A stretch of 64,000 nucleotides of DNA from Octopus sinensis. Its lineage: Eukaryota. The position numbers were made by a program, and so were the translations under genes. Below the pieces are notes generated by a model, which worked only from the letters and a program-made list of their open reading frames with translations, searched no databases and was not told where the DNA came from. Within the stretch, counting starts at the first letter, position 1. The number at the start of each line of letters is the position of its first letter. Shown one piece after another: positions 40,280-50,902 of the stretch. The DNA lies in assembly GCF_006345805.1 (NCBI RefSeq), contig NC_043016.1, forward strand, positions 12,648,001 through 12,712,000. The letters run 5' to 3'.

Positions 40280-40949
40280 TTAAACCAGCCATCAAAGTGC
40301 AAGTTCGTCAAGGCAGAAGTCCAGGCAAGGTTGATTATGGAAGACTAGCAGTCACCCATGCATACCAGCCACCCCTCTCCATGCCACCGATGTTATCCAA
40401 GGGGAAAGGCAAAGGGGCTAATACAGTTTGGCACCAGCGATGTCACAAATCATTCCTACAGCTGAGTAAACTGGATCAATGTAAAATAAAGTGTCTTGCT
40501 CAAGAAAACACACAGCCTGGTCCGGGAATTGAACTCACTATCTCATGATTGTGAGCCCAATGTTCTAACCACTGAGCCATGTGCCTTCACTATGCACACA
40601 TATATGTGTGTGTGTGTGTGTGTACATAAATATTAGTAACAGAGGCATCATTAATACCAACAGGTAATATTTATCCCCATTTAAACATGGATGTCCTATT
40701 AGAACAAGCTATACTGTTGTAGTTACCATAAGAGAAACCCTCATTTTGGCTTTGATGCAAAATGTACTCTTGTTTATATCACTTGCAGGGGAGATAAATC
40801 CCTGCTACCTCCAAAGCCAAGACCACCAGATCACATGATTTCGATCTTCTTTGGTCTTGTCAATGATGGACATTTAACCGCTAGAGATAGCAGCGACTCA
40901 TCTCCCTGCCAGCGATATATGGAAAAACAGTGCCAGAACAAGCATTGGT

Positions 40950-41495
40950 CTCACAATTAGCCAGCGAGATTGTTAGGTGACCTAATTAACATTGGTGGTA
41001 GATGTTCTAAAAGAATAGGATGGAGAATGTTCAAAAAGCTGTTACTTTTCTTGGCAACAAAAGCTCTCTCTCTACAAGTGAAAGGCAGATTGTATGATAC
41101 AGTGATGCTACATGGTAGTGAGACATAGGTCCTGAATGCAGGGGACATGCAAAAACTAGAGAGGAATGAAGCTAGTGTGCACAAATGGATGTGCAATATT
41201 AGTGTGCATGTATGACAACGGGAAAATATATTGAGGGAAAAAGGTTAGACATAAGAGGAATCATGTGTAGCATGCAAGAGAGAAGACTGCACTGGTTTGG
41301 CCATGTGATGCAGATGGACGAGGATGGTTGCATAAAGAAGTGCCAATCACTTAAGGTGAATGGAACTTGTGGAAAAGAGAGACTCGGGTAGACGTAGGAT
41401 GAAGTATTGATGGCTGATCTCAAGATGCTGAGCCTTACGGAGATGACAAAGGATCAAGATGATTGGCACCTTGCTGTGTGAGAGAAGACCTCTCA
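40950..41495 (+). mobile_element. Decayed RTE LINE RT C-terminal fragment
   Basis: Reads RIGWRMFKKLL..LQVKGRLYD..VMLHGSET..LERNEAS..WMCNISV..QERRLHWFGHVMQMDEDGCIKKC. The probable (GAT)n-tailed end is at 42910-43130. Confidence 0.8.
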
Positions 41496-42049
41496 AAGTA
41501 CTAAAAACAACTTTATTATGCTTGTACTTGCAAGGGCCCCATTCCTCCTCCTCTCTCCCTGACACATCAAGCATTTCTCTCTCCACTCCACCCCACCATC
41601 TAAGTTACCACATGGCTGCTGTACTCACCTGCAAACTACTTCCATTCCTCATCATCCCTACCCACATTATTTCAAGAAATCACCCCCCCCCCCCTTTCTA
41701 TGCCTTCAGCCATTGTTCTCTCTCCTCTCTGCTATACTCCATTCTAAACACCTCTTATCTGCTATCATTCTCAATGCCCTCCCATATCTCCCATCATGAG
41801 CCACCTGCCCCTTATATATATAGTCCCTTATGTATCCCTATACATAAGCCCCTTTCTCCTTCTCTCTCCTCCTTTTTCTCTCTTTCTCTCTTTCCCACTT
41901 TCTGTATATATATCTATATCTATAATATATATATATATATATATATATAGTTAATCCAAACAAGAAAACAAAAACAAAAAAACAACAACGCAAGGACGTG
42001 GAACAAATAAAGTATTATTGGATGCTCAAGAAAGAAGGGAAGAAGGAGG

Positions 42050-42084
42050 GTTTGACGTTTCGAGCGGAGCTCTTCGTCGGAAAC
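42050..42084 (-). ncRNA. Minimal type I hammerhead motif with one core substitution
   Basis: Minus strand reads GTTT CCGACGA A GAGC tcc GCTC GAA ACGT C AAAC. All three helices are present with a GUC site and a U4C change. Confidence 0.7.
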
Positions 42085-42186
42085 ATAGGAGAAGAAAAGA
42101 TCCTGAGAAGGGAAGACAGGGGAAAAAAATCGCTAGTGATACAGACGAGGTCACAGTATATGCATGTGTACATGTGAAACAAGCTC

Positions 42187-42242
<56 letters not shown>

Positions 42243-43321
42243 AGTGACAGACTGACACATCCAATCTTTATTTGGCATCACAGGTTTAAGTCCTTGTAGT
42301 ATTGTGACATAATCTGGCTGTAATTTCCTTCAGATCTAATAATATACACTCAGACACAAAGATTAAGTCAGGTTGAAGTCATAAAATGTATGGATACAGC
42401 CTGAGGCTTATATGTTTATGTGTCTATGACCTCTTATGTATCCCTATTTCACCCTCTCCACATCTCCCGTATCTTACATTCTCTTCAATTCACCTTCTTG
42501 GTTTACATCAACATCTCTAACCTCTCTATACTGGTATCTCCCATCATCTGCACCTCCCACCCTTCTTCTTCACTCACTACACTAACTCCTAACACTCACC
42601 ACCCCTTTGTTCCCTCCTCACATTCTTATGAAAGCATCCCCTCCAATGATCCACCCCCTTCTTCCTCTCCAATGCTCACCTTCTTGATTCTTGTCCTTTG
42701 AAAGGTTGCTCTAGCATCCCATCCGCTACCTTCCTTTTATCTCCTTCAGCCTTGTATCTCTTCCACTACAAGACACTTCTACTTGTCCCTCTTTCATACT
42801 TTAGGCTTTCAACACCTGTCATCTCCACCTTCCCCTCCCAAGTACTTCTAGTAGTGGGAGGTTTTCTCCCCTTCTTTTCCTTCTCCTTCATCTCTGTTTT
42901 CCTCTGTCTTGCAAGTTACATGGCAACCTCACTAGTGCTGGTGCCATGAAAAAAGCATCCAGTCCATTCTCTATAGTAGTTGGCATCAGAAAGGGCATCC
43001 AGCTGTAGGAACCACGCCCTAGATGATGGAGCTTGGTACAGCCCTGCAACTTACCAGTTCCCTGTCAAACCATTCTACAGCATGAAAAACAAATGTTAAA
43101 TGATGATGATGATGATGACAATGATGATAAAGATACATATATAAATACACGCATGCATCTATGTATGTATGTATGTATGTAGAGTGGTGGTGTTAGGAAG
43201 GGCATCCAGCCATAAAATCCCTACCAAAACAGACACAGTTGCCTTGGGTAGATTTTTCTACCTGGCTGGTTCCTGTCATCCTCCTACTCATGCATGCATG
43301 GAAGATGGACGGTAACAGTGA

Positions 43322-43422
<101 letters not shown>

Positions 43423-43441
43423 CATATATATATATATATAT

Positions 43442-43868
43442 ATAATAGTTATCGCCATACTAATATGGCATTCTTATAAAAATAAGAATAAAGCTGTCCG
43501 CTTATTAGCTCCATGAGGCCATCGCCTTAAGTTAGCTATTTGATACACAAACTGTATCCATATAACCTTCGAACAAGGAGGTCAGTCGCTCCACACTACT
43601 TGACCGACAGCTACAGACGCGTTCGGGGTATTACCCCTTTTCAATGTAGCGTAGTCAGACCAGTAGGTGTCGCTTCCGACAATCTCTGTTCAAAGGTTTT
43701 ATTTACCTAGTTTCAGTGGAATACATCCACTTGTTTTCAATAATAGAAATATTAAAATTACTAAGTCTCTCTAAAAGAGAACACGGCAGCGTTCCTGGAA
43801 AATAATAGTTATCGCCATACTAATATGGCATTCTTATAAAAATAAGAATAAAGACTTAGTAATTTTAA

Positions 43869-43877
<9 letters not shown>
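43442..43877 (-). mobile_element. Penelope pseudo-LTR / retrozyme-like non-coding unit
   Basis: 52-bp exact direct repeat (43442-43493 = 43802-43853; period 360 bp), 26-bp inverted repeat (43743-43768 / 43852-43877), and a hammerhead-like motif at 43610-43650 (-). Confidence 0.6.
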
Positions 43878-43917
<40 letters not shown>

Positions 43918-44172
43918 GTACTGGGAGAATGAAGAACGGAACGAAGCGAACGGATCGAAACGAACCCGACGCGAAGGCACTGTCAAACAATAGTGTAATA
44001 AATATATATGCATACATACATACATATATGTACATACCTACATCTACATGTATATATACATGCATATATAAATATATATACGTGAGTACAGGACACCACA
44101 ACTAGACGTAGAACTCAACGAGAAACGAAAACAGAAAAACCATTTTTTACATATATATATATATATACATAC

Positions 44173-44208
<36 letters not shown>

Positions 44209-44212
<4 letters not shown>

Positions 44213-44801
44213 CATTATTGGTGAATTGAGGAAATGGAGCTGAACGCAGATTGAACAGAAATCGTTTTATTTCATTCTACACGTGTTTCGAAAGGCACAA
44301 ATTACCAAAATCCGATTGAATAATGGGACCATATTGTGTCTTTCTCTTCAGGAAGAAAAAAGGAAATCCGTTAGAGAAACAAAAACAGAACAGAGGCGGA
44401 GCAAAAACCAAATCGAACTATGCTCCTAAGAGCCCATGGCGAAACTGTTTATCAGTGTTTGCTGAGAACCGGTGGCTGAAGAATTCTACAGGTCAGGCAT
44501 CGGTCAATCGATGCCTGACCTGTAGAATTCTTCAGCCACCGGTTCTCAGCAAACACTGATAAACAGTTTCGCCATGGGCTCTTAGGAGCATAGTTCGATT
44601 TGGTTTTTGCTCCGCCTCTGTTCTGTTTTTGTTTCTCTAACGGATTTCCTTTTTCTTCCTGAAGAGAAAGACACAATATGGTCCCATTATTCAATCGGAT
44701 TTTGGTAATTTGTGCCTTTCGAAACACGTGTAGAATGAAATAAAACGATTTCTGTTCAATCTGCGTTCAGCTCCATTTCCTCAATTCACCAATAATGTTT
44801 T
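44209..44801. repeat. Near-perfect 593-bp fold-back palindrome
   Basis: Arms 44209-44502 and 44509-44801 with loop GTCAAT. The only difference I saw is a one-base A6/T5 run-length indel. Confidence 0.97.
44651..44740 (+). ncRNA. Type I hammerhead ribozyme with intact core (mirror copy at 44271-44360, minus strand)
   Basis: TTC-CTGAAGA-GAAAG...CTTTC-GAA-ACACGTGT-A-GAA. Canonical core, G10.1-C11.1 pair, palindromic helix III and GUA site after 44732. Confidence 0.8.
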
Positions 44802-45425
44802 AATTTCAATTATCCGCACCAACGCACGGTTGCAACGCCAGATGGTTGTACCTCCAACCGTGCTGTTTACTGCTGTGATTTTTGCTACTAAGGTATCGGT
44901 TAACTTTTGATTAATCTACAACAAGATTATTCATCTTTCTATTTCACATAATATATATATATATATATATACATACTAGCTTTTAAGCTACTGATCCCAA
45001 ATGGGAAGTTCTGCAAACAGATCTCTGACTTGTTTTGGAGAATTTGTTGCATTGCTTTCTCCAAAATCACATCCCAATGATGATCATATTTGTCGGAAAA
45101 AATTACATTAAAAAATCGTTGGAAATAATCACTGTACTTCACAATTAATTTCGATTGTTCCTAAAATTTATTTCCAAGTTATAGTAATTATTATCGTACA
45201 AAAAAATTTGTTGCAAAAAAATTCATGTAAAAAACTGCCAAAAACAATCGCAGTAATGAAAACTTGGGAATCCAAAATTTCAGGATTGCGGTTCCGGATT
45301 TGACTCATAATGTTTATAATATACTCATGGAGCTGGCCTGATTCCAAAATAGCATGATATCTTGGGCTACGGCATCTAGGAGTAACGTTGAAAAAGTGTG
45401 ACACACTGACATTTATTATATATAC

Positions 45426-45875
45426 ACTCTTCACTCTCTTTACTCTTTTTACTTGTTTCAGTCATGTGACTGTGGCCATGCTGGAGCACCGCCTTTAGTC
45501 GAGCAAATCGACCCCGGGACTTATTCTTTTGTAAGCCCAGTACTTATTCTATCGGTGTCTTTTGCCGAACCGCTAAGTGACAGGGACGTAAACACACCAG
45601 CATCGGTTGTCAAGCGATGTTAGAGGCACAAACACAGACACACAAATATATATACACACACATACATCATCATCATCATCATCATCATCGCTTATATATA
45701 TATATACATACATATGACGGTCTTCTTTCAGTTTCCGTCTGCCAAATCCACTCACAAGGCATTGGTCAGCTCGAGGCTATAGTAGAAGGCACTTGCCCAA
45801 GATGCCACGTAATGGGACTGAACCCGGAACCATGTGGTTGGTAAGCAAGCTACTTACCACACAGCCACTCCTGCA
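45426..45875 (-). mobile_element. SINE family A
   Basis: Full family A on the minus strand with an internal (CAT)n. Confidence 0.9.
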
Positions 45876-46427
45876 CCTATATATATATATATATATATTT
45901 TATAGATATAGATATATATGCAGAAAGTTGGAAAGAGAGAAAGAGAGAAAGAAAGAGAGAGAGAGAAGGAGGAAAAATAGAGAGTGATAAGACTATTGAT
46001 AGATGAATGTTATGTTAATAGCAAGAAACTGAAGCCAATGAAATGAACTAGTTGTGTGTGTATGCATGTATGTGTATGCATGTGTACATGTGAAACAAGC
46101 TCATTGTGTGTGTGTGTGTGTGTGTGTGAGAAGTCAATCTTTCTTTGGCAGCACAGGTTTATGTCCTTGTAGTATTGTGACATAATCTGGCTGTAATTTC
46201 CTTCAGATCTAATGAAATGCACTCAGAGACAAAGTTTAAGTCAGGTTGAAGCCATAAAATGTATGGATACAGCTTGAGGTTTATATATATAGATATGTTT
46301 ATAGTTATGGGTACAGGCGTGCATAGATGTGCGGCAAAAGTTTGCTTCTCAACCATGTTGCCTTGGGTTCAGTCCCACTGTGCAGCACCGTGTGAGTGGA
46401 TTGGCAGATGGAAAGTAAGGTGGTGAG

Positions 46428-46640
46428 CTGGCAGAATTGTTAGCACGCCGGGCGAAATGCTTAGTGGTATTTCACTGCCGTTACGTTCTGAGTTCAAATT
46501 CTGTCAAGGTTGACTTTGCCTTTCATCCTATTGGGGTCGATAAATTAAGTACCAGTTACGTACTGGAAGAAATGTAATCGACTTAATCCCTTTGTCTGTC
46601 CTTGTTTGTCCCCTCTATGTTTAGCCCCTTCTGGGCAATA
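46428..46640 (+). mobile_element. SINE family B
   Basis: ggtggtgagctggcagaattgttagc...gagttcaaatt...gccccttctgggcaataaa. Confidence 0.85.
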
Positions 46641-47329
46641 AAAAAAAATTAAATAAAAAAAATTTTTAAAAAGATGGCAAGTGAAAGAAGTCCATCATAC
46701 ACACACACAAAGATATATATAGATACATAAAATCTTGAATTAAAACCCCCAAATCTTGCAAATATCTACCCACGGTTTCTTGGTTGAAATGATATTTTAT
46801 TTCGTCACTCATGAAGCTGAAGTTTTGACCAGGAAGCCCTAGGTAGCTATTTGCAAGATTTTTGGTTTTTATTTGAAGATTATCTTTACTCTCTTAGCTG
46901 ATCGATTGCTTTTCTATTTGTTGAGGCATTACACACACACACACACACACACACATGTGCACACACATACATCATCATCATTTAATGGCTGTTTTTCATG
47001 CTGGTATGGGTTGAACTTTGACAGGAGCTGATGAGCCAGAGAGCTGCACTTGGTTTCAGTCCTATTTGGCAGGGTTTCTATGGTTGGATGCCCTTCCTAA
47101 TGCCAACCACTTTATGGAGGGTATTGAGTGCTTCAAGGCAAGGAATACACATGTCACTAGATCCAGGAAACTGGCCCTTATGAGCCTGGCTTGGTTCGAG
47201 AAGGAAATATCATATTATATATAATGTAATGAGGACTGATTTTTTATTATCTCTTTGTTCCTGTTCTTCCTTTACAAAAACAGTTGGAACTTGAATTAGA
47301 ATGAATTCATGTGTTTGCGTTTGCGTTCG

Positions 47330-47960
47330 TGAGTATACATGTATTGAGGGGATGGACAGAGGTAATAAAGGTTGATAGAGACAGAGATAGGAAAGAAAAC
47401 GATGGAAGAGAGAGATAGAAAGAGAGAGAGAGAAAGAAAGAGAGAGAGAGAGAGAGAGAGATGTGCAATCACACACACACACACATACAAATAGATAGGC
47501 AGAGACAGACATAGGGAAGAAAATGATGGAAGAGAGAGATAGAGAAAGAGATAGAAGGAGAGGGAGTGAGAGAAAGACACACACACACACAGATACACAG
47601 ACAGATAAACGAAGAGAGAGTCGGGGGGGAGCGGAAGATGAAGAGAAAGTTGGAGAAAAGAAATCTGGAAAGGGAGACGGAGAAGAAGAGCAAAATAACA
47701 GGGGGGGAGATAGAGTACAAGAGATGGAAAGAGAATGGGGGGGGATGGAAAGAGAGAGGGAAAGGAAATAGGAAGAGAAAGAGAGAGAGAGAAAGAGAGA
47801 GAGAGAGAAAGAGAGAGAGAGAAAGAGAGAGAGGGAAAGGAAATAGGAAGAGAAAGAGAGAGAGAGAAAGAGAGAGAGGGAAAGGAAATAGGAAGAGAAA
47901 GAGAGAGAAAGAGAGAGAGAAAGAGAGACAGAGAGAGAGAGAAGGTGAAAGGAAGATAGA
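47330..47960. repeat. GA-rich low-complexity tract with ~45-bp subrepeat
   Basis: gggaaaggaaataggaagagaaagagagaga occurs three times. Confidence 0.9.
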
Positions 47961-48118
47961 GTGTGCGGAGTGTATGTGTGCTGTAGGTCTTTATTTCCTT
48001 TCCTTTGTTAATATATTACATTTCTTATTGCACATTTCTAATTTGTCATTAGATTTGTCTTGGTTTTCTTTCCTATATTGATTTTTCTAGAACAATCAAA
48101 TGAGTCCGCAATTTATTG

Positions 48119-48740
48119 GTGTGTGTGCATGTGTGCATGTGTGCGCGCGTGGTGTGTGTGTGTGCATGTGTGCGCGCGTGTGTGTGTGTGTGCATGTGTG
48201 CGCGCGTGTGTGTGTGTGTGCATGTGTGCGCGCGTGTGTGTGTGTGTGCATGTGTGCGCGCGTGTGTGCATGTGTGCATGTGTGCGCGCGTGTGTGTGTG
48301 GTGTGCATGTGTGCATGTGTGCGCGCGTGTGTGTGTGTGTGCATTGTGCATGTGTGCGCGCGTGTGTGTGTGTGTGCATGTGTGCATGTGTGCGCGCGTG
48401 TGTGTGTGTGTGCATGTGTGCGCGCGTGTGTGTGTGTGTGCATGTGTGCGCGCGCGTGTGTGTGTGTGCATGTGTGCGCGCGTGTGTGTGTGTTGCATGT
48501 GTGCATGTGTGCGCGCGTGTGTGTGTGTGTGCATTGTGCGCGCGTGTGTGTGTGTGTGCATGTTGCATGTGTGCGCGCGCGTGTGTGTGTGTGTGCATGT
48601 GTGCATGTGTGCACGCGTGTGTGTGTGTGTGTGTGCATGTGTGCGCGCGTGTGTGTGTGTGTGCATGTGTGCATGTGTGCGCGCGTGTGTGTGTGTGTGC
48701 ATGTGTGCACGCGTGTGTGTGTGTGTGCACGCACACGCAC
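48119..48740. repeat. Alternating purine-pyrimidine satellite (GT)n-GCAT-(GC)n, ~24-bp unit
   Basis: Repeated gtgtgtgtgtgcatgtgtgcgcgc. Confidence 0.97.
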
Positions 48741-49335
48741 GATTTTCTTTATTTCTATACCCCCAGCTTTCAGAAACATTTTCTTCTGTTTTATTTTTTT
48801 TGGTGTGTTTATAGATTATTGCTTTTTTTCTTATATCTCCAAGAAAAAAAGGAGACAAAAATATTGCGACAAAAAAACCCCCAAAAATTGCAAGGTCACA
48901 TTTTTTTCGTTTTTATTCCATCAAAATCACTCGATGTACAAAAAGGACCCAACTCAACCAAACAAGTGTATAAAGGCTCATGTGATTTCTTAATAAAATA
49001 TTAAATTGTTTCAGAGCTTTTAAACACAAAAGCATGTTACTGTTATATAATTCTGACCTAGATTTAAAAAAAAATATCATCAGAGATATTGGCATAAATA
49101 ACATGCTAAAAGCACTTGAGTCAGATGATGAAGTAGGGGAAGGACTTTAACAAGTTCTCACAATTTGGTGAGGTTCTTTCTCTATATATGTCGTAGGTTC
49201 ATTGGCTTGTTACATGTGTATCCACTTCTTTTCAGATAGCAACATTTCTAAGCCTCTTTTTTTCTCAGCATTTAAAAAAGTAAATGCTCTGCCATCATTC
49301 CATACATTCTTTGCATCAACAATGTTTTCTTGGAG

Positions 49336-50127
49336 ATACGACGGGCTTCTTTCAGTTTCTGTCTACCAAATCTCTTTTGCCGAACCACTAAGTTACAGGG
49401 ACGTAAACACACCAGCATCGGTTGTCAAGCGATGCTAGGGGGACAAACACAGACACATAAACATACACACACACATACACATATACATATACATATATAC
49501 GACAGGCTTCTTTCAGTTTCTGTCTACCAATCTCTTTAGCCGAACCACTAAGTTACAGGGACGTAAACCACCAGCATCGGTTGTCAAGCGATGCTAGGGG
49601 GACAAACACAGACACATAAACATACACACACACATACACATATACATATACATATATACGACAGGCTTCTTTCAGTTTCTGTCTACCAAATCTCTTTAGC
49701 CGAACCACTAAGTTACAGGGACGTAAACACACCAGCATCGGTTGTCAAGCGATGCTAGGGGGACAAACACAGACACATAAACATACACACACACATACAC
49801 ATATACATATACATATATACGACAGGCTTCTTTCAGTTTCTGTCTACCAAATCTCTTTTGCCGAACCACTAAGTTACAGGGACGTAAACACACCAGCATC
49901 GGTTGTCAAGCGATGCTAGGGGGACAAACACAGACACATAAACATATACACACACATACACATATACATATATATGACAGGCTTCTTTCAGTTTCCGTCT
50001 ACCAAATCCACTCACAAGGCATTGGTCAGCTCGAGGCTATCGTAGAAGACACTTGCCCAAGATGCCACGCAGTGGGACTGAACCCAGAACCATGTAGCTG
50101 GTAAGCAAGCTACTTACCACACAGCCA
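49336..50127 (-). mobile_element. SINE family A with four tandem ~160-bp internal duplications
   Basis: Units start at 49336, 49497, 49656 and 49817, followed by the normal SINE head up to 50127. Confidence 0.92.
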
Positions 50128-50179
50128 GTACAAAAATCACAACAAAAAACAAAAAGGTACAATCACATAAACATGCAAA

Positions 50180-50560
50180 AGTGGTCCCTATTCATTTTGG
50201 ATATCACTTGGACAATGGTGGCTTCAGTGGCACTATGGTATGTTGACTAGTCACCCTCTCAACAATGCTCCAAACACAGTAGTCCATGGGATATAAATTT
50301 GATGAGCTAGGGGGCCATAAATTTGGAGCTACATGACCATAAAGACTATCTGTCATTCATTCATGGATTACATTTGCTTCGTGAAAAGATGCCAAGTTTT
50401 GTTGAAACATGTTTGGCTTTTGACTGTGTGCTTCATCCATCCAAGTCTTAACAGGCTTCAGCACTTCACCGTATCCAGCAGCATTACTTGTAAGACCCTG
50501 TGCAAAGATGAGAATTGGCATGACCTTCATTACTCACCATTCCTAAATCCATCACAATTA
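50180..50560 (-). mobile_element. Tc1/mariner transposase C-terminal remnant
   Basis: Minus strand reads LWPPSSSNLYPMDYCVWSIVE, resembling the WPPxSPDLNPxDY motif. Disrupted. Confidence 0.6.
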
Positions 50561-50902
50561 CTGCAAACCTAGTGCATCAGAGAAACACCTAAAGCATACC
50601 ATGTTCACAAGAGTTTTTAACCTTATTAAGTAACTGCTTGGCACAGATCCAATGGGTTTTCAGGTGTCTTTACAGGCTCTTCAGCATATAAGATTTGTAT
50701 CGTACCCTAATATCTGCTTTGACTTGGTTTTTATGGTTGGCTGCCTGACTGAGTGGAGCTTTAGTAGAGGGGGAGGTGGCTTTATGCTAGGAGATGAGGG
50801 GTTGAAGTATGAGAGAAGGAGTCAGAACACAACAGATTTCTAACCTACATGGGCACTCATATTTTAGAAGAGAGGGTGGGATTAGCCAAGGTGAAGCTGG
50901 AG

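Noticed and set aside
44425-44457. Second hammerhead-like string CTAAGA-GCC-cat-GGC-GAAAC in the palindrome arm
   Set aside because: The core lacks G5, the position after helix III is G, and helix I does not pair. At best a relic.
48060-49004. 207-314 aa ORFs rich in C/V/A/R or H/T
   Set aside because: Translations of the (GT/GC) satellite in all frames.
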